From Octopus sinensis (taxonomy: Eukaryota): DNA of 12,022 nt. The notes under the pieces are model-generated. The model had not been told where the DNA came from. It did not search any database and saw only the letters and a list, made by a program, of their open reading frames with translations. The translations under genes were made by a program, and so were the position numbers. How positions within the stretch are numbered: position 1 is the stretch's first letter; every line of letters begins with the position of its first letter. The stretch is taken from the NCBI RefSeq assembly GCF_006345805.1, contig NW_021826760.1, positions 1 to 12,022 of the forward strand, in the 5' to 3' direction. Shown piece by piece: positions 8,218-12,022 of this stretch.

Positions 8218-8382
8218 GGTAATATCTGCGTCTATATTATATATTATATATTGTGTATTATCCATTGTGCAAACTGTAATAACCTCCCAGTTCACTGTGT
8301 TTGATATCAGGTTCCGATTTCCAATGAAAAATCGGAACCTGATTTCTTTTTATTATGACCAAGAAAATGTCATAAAAATTAG

Positions 8383-8524
8383 TTTCAAATTTTGGCACAA
8401 GGCCAACAATTTCGAAAGACAAAGTCAACATCAGTAGAATTCGAACTCAGAACATAAAGACAGACGAAATACCCCCTAAACATATCACCCAGCCTTATAA
8501 CGTTTCTGCACACCCGCCTTCGCC
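8383..8524 (-). mobile_element. SINE family A, internally deleted and diverged
   Basis: GGCACAAGGCC...AAAGACAAAGTCAACATCAGTAGAATTCGAACTCAGAACATAAAGACAGACGAAATACC. Confidence 0.75.
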
Positions 8525-8536
8525 ATCATAAATATT

Positions 8537-8708
8537 CTTTTCTACTCTAGGGACAAGGCCCGAAATTTTGGGGTAAGGGGCCAGTCTATTAGATTGACCC
8601 CAGTACGCAACTGGTACTTAGTTCATCGAGCCCGAAAGGAATTTGAACTCAGGACGTAAAGACAGACAAAATACCCGCTAAGCATTTCGCCCGGCGCGAT
8701 AAAGTTTC
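8537..8708 (-). mobile_element. SINE family A (deletion across the GTCGACCTCGGC segment; head interrupted by the next copy)
   Basis: TTCTACTCTAGGGACAAGGCCCGAAATTTTGGGG...GACCCCAGTACGCAACTGGTAC...CCGAAAGGA|ATTTGAACTCAG...GCATTTCGCCCGGCG. Confidence 0.85.
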
Positions 8709-8709
8709 T

Positions 8710-8944
8710 TATTTCTCTATTGCCCACAAGGGGCTAAACATAGAGGGGACAAACAAGGACAGACAAACGGATTAAGTCGATTGCATCGACCCCTGTGTGT
8801 AACTGGTACTTAATTCATCAACCCCGAAAGGATGAAAGGCAAAGTCGACCTCGGCGGAATTTGAACTCAGAACGTAAAAACAGACGAAAATACCCGCTGA
8901 GCATTTCGCCCGGCATGCTAACGATTCTACCAATTCGCCGCCTT
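8710..8944 (-). mobile_element. SINE family A variant with an alternative 3' tail, full length
   Basis: A-box-like at 8922-8932 and B-box-like GAGTTCAAATTCC at 8856-8868, with the same body as other copies. The tail differs: TTGCCCACAAGGGGCTAAACATAGAGGGGACAAACAAGG on the plus strand. Confidence 0.88.
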
Positions 8945-9530
8945 AATACCCGCCTTCATAAATATTATTACCTGATTTTGTATCCCATCACCTTGGTTTC
9001 TGCAAGTCAAGGGACGGGTTCCAAAGTAAAGAATCAATGCTGTGTGACCTTCAATAACCAAGTGCAACTCAATGATTTTATTATAGTATCCGCAAATGCA
9101 AAATTGCAATCATATATATTGCTAAACCAATTCCAGACCCGAAGCAATGGTTAATTGGATTCTCTGCATGTGTTTAGCCAAATTCTTAGTGTTAGTTAAT
9201 TAAGGAATCTCTCCAACTAGTTATCGTTCTTTTTAGTTAAATCATTTCTTTTCCTCATCCTAATTATTAAATTTCTCCAGGAATCGAAAACAGCAGCATT
9301 TTTTGTTGTTGTTGTTGTTGTTTTTGTTTTTAATTCCGAATTAACTAAAAATATATGCCTAATGTTAACGAAACTTAATTACGGCATTACCATTATAAGA
9401 AAATTGCCGATGAAGCAACATATATTAGAATAGCTCATAACATTTAAAACAAAACAAAACAAAAAAGGAATAGATTTAAACAAAAGATTCTAAAAACAAA
9501 TATACATGCAGATGTTATATCACTGAAATA

Positions 9531-9932
9531 GATGATGACGATGATGATGACGATGATGATGATGATGATGATGACGATGATGATGATGATGACGATGACG
9601 ATGAGGACGACGATGATGATGATGATGAAGAGGAGGAGGAGGAGGAGGAGAAGGATGACGACGATGATGATGACAATGATGATGATGACGACGATTACGA
9701 TGATGACGATGATGACGATGGTGCTGGAGGTGGTGGTGGTAAAGGTAGGGACAATGTCTATGGTTTTGAAGACGATGGTGGTGATGATGATTGTGATGGT
9801 GATGGCGGTGGTGGTGGTCGTGGTCGTCGTCGTCGTCGTGAGGATAATGACGACGATGAGGATCATGATGATGATGGTGATTCTGGCTATGATGATGATG
9901 ATGATGATGATGATGACGATGATGCTGATGAT
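9531..9932. repeat. Long compound trinucleotide repeat (GAT/GAC/GAG/GGT/CGT)n
   Basis: About 400 bp in a single triplet register; explains the poly-M, poly-H and poly-I ORFs. Confidence 0.95.
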
Positions 9933-10298
9933 GATTCGTCTCGTAACCCATGAGTAATCCGGACGTTGCGAAATCTATAAGTCACAGTGGAACAAAGGGC
10001 AACAATTAACCATGGGTTCTTCTGAAGACAAATGTTTAAAACATAATCATGAAAAGCCCAAAGCAAACAAAATATGCAAGAATAAGATAATATGGAATTT
10101 AATTAGTTAATGATTTTTTTTTCCTTTATTAGTTGTTGGGACATCAAAGGAAACCTTATTGTAATACAGTGATAAAAATGATGAGGATACGGTTGAGTGA
10201 GTTTCCCGCTGCTTTATCCGGAATGTGACTTTTAACTACATCCGGTAGTGAGGCCTTGCTTCGGAAGTTCCAGAGTTTTGAGATGTGTGGAACCCCTC

Positions 10299-10545
10299 TT
10301 CATCATCATCCACTCAGGTTGTTTGCCCGGGTCAGCCTGACTACCTCTCTCCATCCCTTCCGATCTTCCATTAGCGTTTTAGGTCTTCAACTTGTCATCC
10401 AACATCTTCTACAAGCTGTTGTATATACGTCTCTCGTGGTCTTCCAACCGCTGTGGTACCACGATTTGGTGTCCACAGCAACACATAATTCACAAGTTCT
10501 TCTTTACTTCTCCAGCAGTGGCCAGCAAGCTTCAATGTCCGCCAC
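10299..10545 (-). mobile_element. RTE-clade LINE 3' end with (TGA)n tail
   Basis: Translates as LKLAGHCWRSKEELVNYVLLWTPNRGTTAVGRPRETYIQQLVEDVG*QVEDL/(K)TLMEDRKGWREVVRLTRANNLSG*, the RTE C-terminal signature (LAGH...LW...GRP...TY...M.DR..WR), followed by TGATGATGA. One stop and one frameshift. Confidence 0.85.
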
Positions 10546-10997
10546 TGTTGCTCCCAGGTCTACTCAGACCCGGAGTAATGACACCTGTCAGGGTCCCAAT
10601 CATGAGTTAATTAGTGAATTGTGAAAGAAACTTCAAGCACAAGCCCTCACAGCTTTGAGAGAACCTCGCGAAAGGAAAAAGCGGAGCGAGTCAACCTCAG
10701 CTGCCAGTCAATGAGTGGAGTCCCTGGGGCTGTCCTGTGCCTTCTTTGACAAACCTTCCGATAATTCCAGACTAGGAGGAGCTCTCCAGTTTTCTAAGGC
10801 AATTCCCCGAGAAGGAGACCACTCCAATATAAAACCTACAACTTGCTGATCCTCGCATTTGTCTTAACCCACTGAGCCATTGTAGTTAAATCTCCAAGTC
10901 TAAAGAGTTGGATCACATTGCATGGACTGAATCTCGCTTTAAAACTACAAAGCACAGATAGGAAGAAAAACCCTGAGGTGTCAAGGATCGGTTTACA

Positions 10998-11093
10998 CAA
11001 CCACTTGAGGGCATGCCACTTTTCATCATATTTTTTAAACAAAAGAAAACTGCCATCATCAGATCCTGTCAATATCAGGTTTTGAATATAGTC
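10998..11093 (-). CDS. Candidate exon with a WD40-like motif (3' boundary uncertain)
   Basis: Acceptor TGTTTCGTTGTTTCGTTATCATACAG|G at 11094/11093 with an upstream CTCAAT branch-like site. In-frame peptide DYIQNLILTGSDDGSFLLFKKYDEKW. Only a weak donor (TGT|GTAAAC). Confidence 0.25.
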
Positions 11094-11439
11094 CTGTATG
11101 ATAACGAAACAACGAAACATTGAGCAGTCGTGCAGCGCAAAGATATCATTTCTGATACTAGTTATTTGCATATATACTTATTTGGGCAAGTGAGAGGCTG
11201 GAATTAACAGAGTAGATTTGATTTCCTTATAAAAGTGAGTTTGTACGTATTACACAGGAAAGTAATAGAATTTCTACTCAGCCCTCAACTTTGATACGAA
11301 TGAAAGGGACCTCTAAATGGCTATTTAAACTGAAAGAATTAGTAACCAAATTTCACAAAAGCGCACCCAACAATATTAAAAAAATGTAAGGAATATATTA
11401 GACAAATATAATCATGAGCACGCTATGCTTGATAAAAGA

Positions 11440-11520
11440 AAAACGGGATGGTCCTGGCGGGTAGGTCTTGAGCAAATACTGACCTTGCTCTAGGTTAAAC
11501 TACAACAACATCAACAGCAA
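11440..11520 (+). mobile_element. Possible degraded retroposon 3' end with (AAC)n tail
   Basis: GGGATGGTCCTGGC...TAGGTCTTGAGC...CTGACCT...TAAAC(TAC)AACAACATCAACAGC resembles a remembered octopus SINE tail; unverified. Confidence 0.3.
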
Positions 11521-11809
11521 GAACTAGATTCTAATAAGCCGAGATAGGGGTAGACGTGGATACGCTCTACGAAAAAACAAATACAAAGATCTGTAGACGC
11601 TGGTAAGGTATTCTACTTCACATAGAAATTTATGTTGAATATTTTTGTTAACTTTAAATATATTTGTTAGCGATGAACATTCTCATGAACTTATAACATC
11701 ATTGTCAAACACGAAAACAGGTTGTCTCTTGAAAATTCTTGGCGACAGTGAGCCAAAATGTACCCAGCTCTAGTTCGGTTAAATGAATCTCTGGATGTGT
11801 TTCTCATGA

Positions 11810-11844
11810 ATAATAATAATAATTATTATTATTATTATTATTAT
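11810..11844. repeat. (AAT)n-(ATT)n microsatellite; includes the tail of the adjacent LINE
   Basis: Direct reading. Confidence 0.95.
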
Positions 11845-12022
11845 CACTCAGTAGTTTTATTTTTATAACGTGCTTTCACTTCACTACCGAGTGCAGCTCT
11901 GTGTGCCTTGGGTATGTGCTGTGATTTGTTGTGATGCTCTGATGGTTATTGTATGGAAAGTGTTCTGCGTAGGATGTGGGCAGTGCCCAGTAGTGCAATT
12001 TTCTGTATGTTATATGTGTTTG
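11845..12022 (-). mobile_element. 3' end of a second R4/Dong-like RLE LINE, continuing beyond the window
   Basis: Open frame 12020->11946 reads NTYNIQKIALLGTAHILRRTLSIQ*, followed by a ~100-nt 3' UTR and a (TAA)n tail. The C-terminal motif matches QKTMLLGTSRILGRVL of the first LINE. Confidence 0.88.

Noticed and set aside
9926-10020. CTGATGA...GAAA as another hammerhead
   Set aside because: CTGATGA is part of the GAT repeat, and no stem I or II can be formed.
10256-10624. 122-aa plus-strand ORF
   Set aside because: Antisense of the RTE fragment.
10690-10850. HDV-like ribozyme in the putative RTE 5' region
   Set aside because: Partial pairings (UGGAGU/ACUCCA) exist, but no consistent P1/P3/P1.1/J4-2 arrangement by eye.
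11020-11062. Minus-strand CTGATGA...GAAA
   Set aside because: No supporting helices.

Overview
AT-rich, repeat-saturated eukaryotic non-coding DNA. It is probably an Octopus/cephalopod intron or intergenic region; this is inferred from remembered SINE families, not from a search. No intact gene is visible, and most supplied ORFs are microsatellite artefacts. The key find is a head-to-tail dimer of a 353-bp unit (4658-~5347). Each unit carries a complete type I hammerhead ribozyme on the minus strand (CUGACGA-stem II-GAAA-C[UCGA]GUC), so the element looks like a non-LTR retrozyme able to release a 353-nt monomer or circRNA. It sits in a (TA)n tract in the left arm of a ~0.8-kb spacer-less palindrome (4440-5933), and the right arm preserves the empty site. 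A possible Penelope-like GIY-YIG remnant lies just downstream. Other contents: two RLE-type (R4/Dong-like) LINE 3' ends with (TAA)n tails, a 286-bp palindromic MITE plus a 57-bp TSD-flanked insert nested in the first LINE, two RTE LINE fragments, about a dozen tRNA-derived SINE copies or fragments, many microsatellites, and one weak WD40-like exon candidate.
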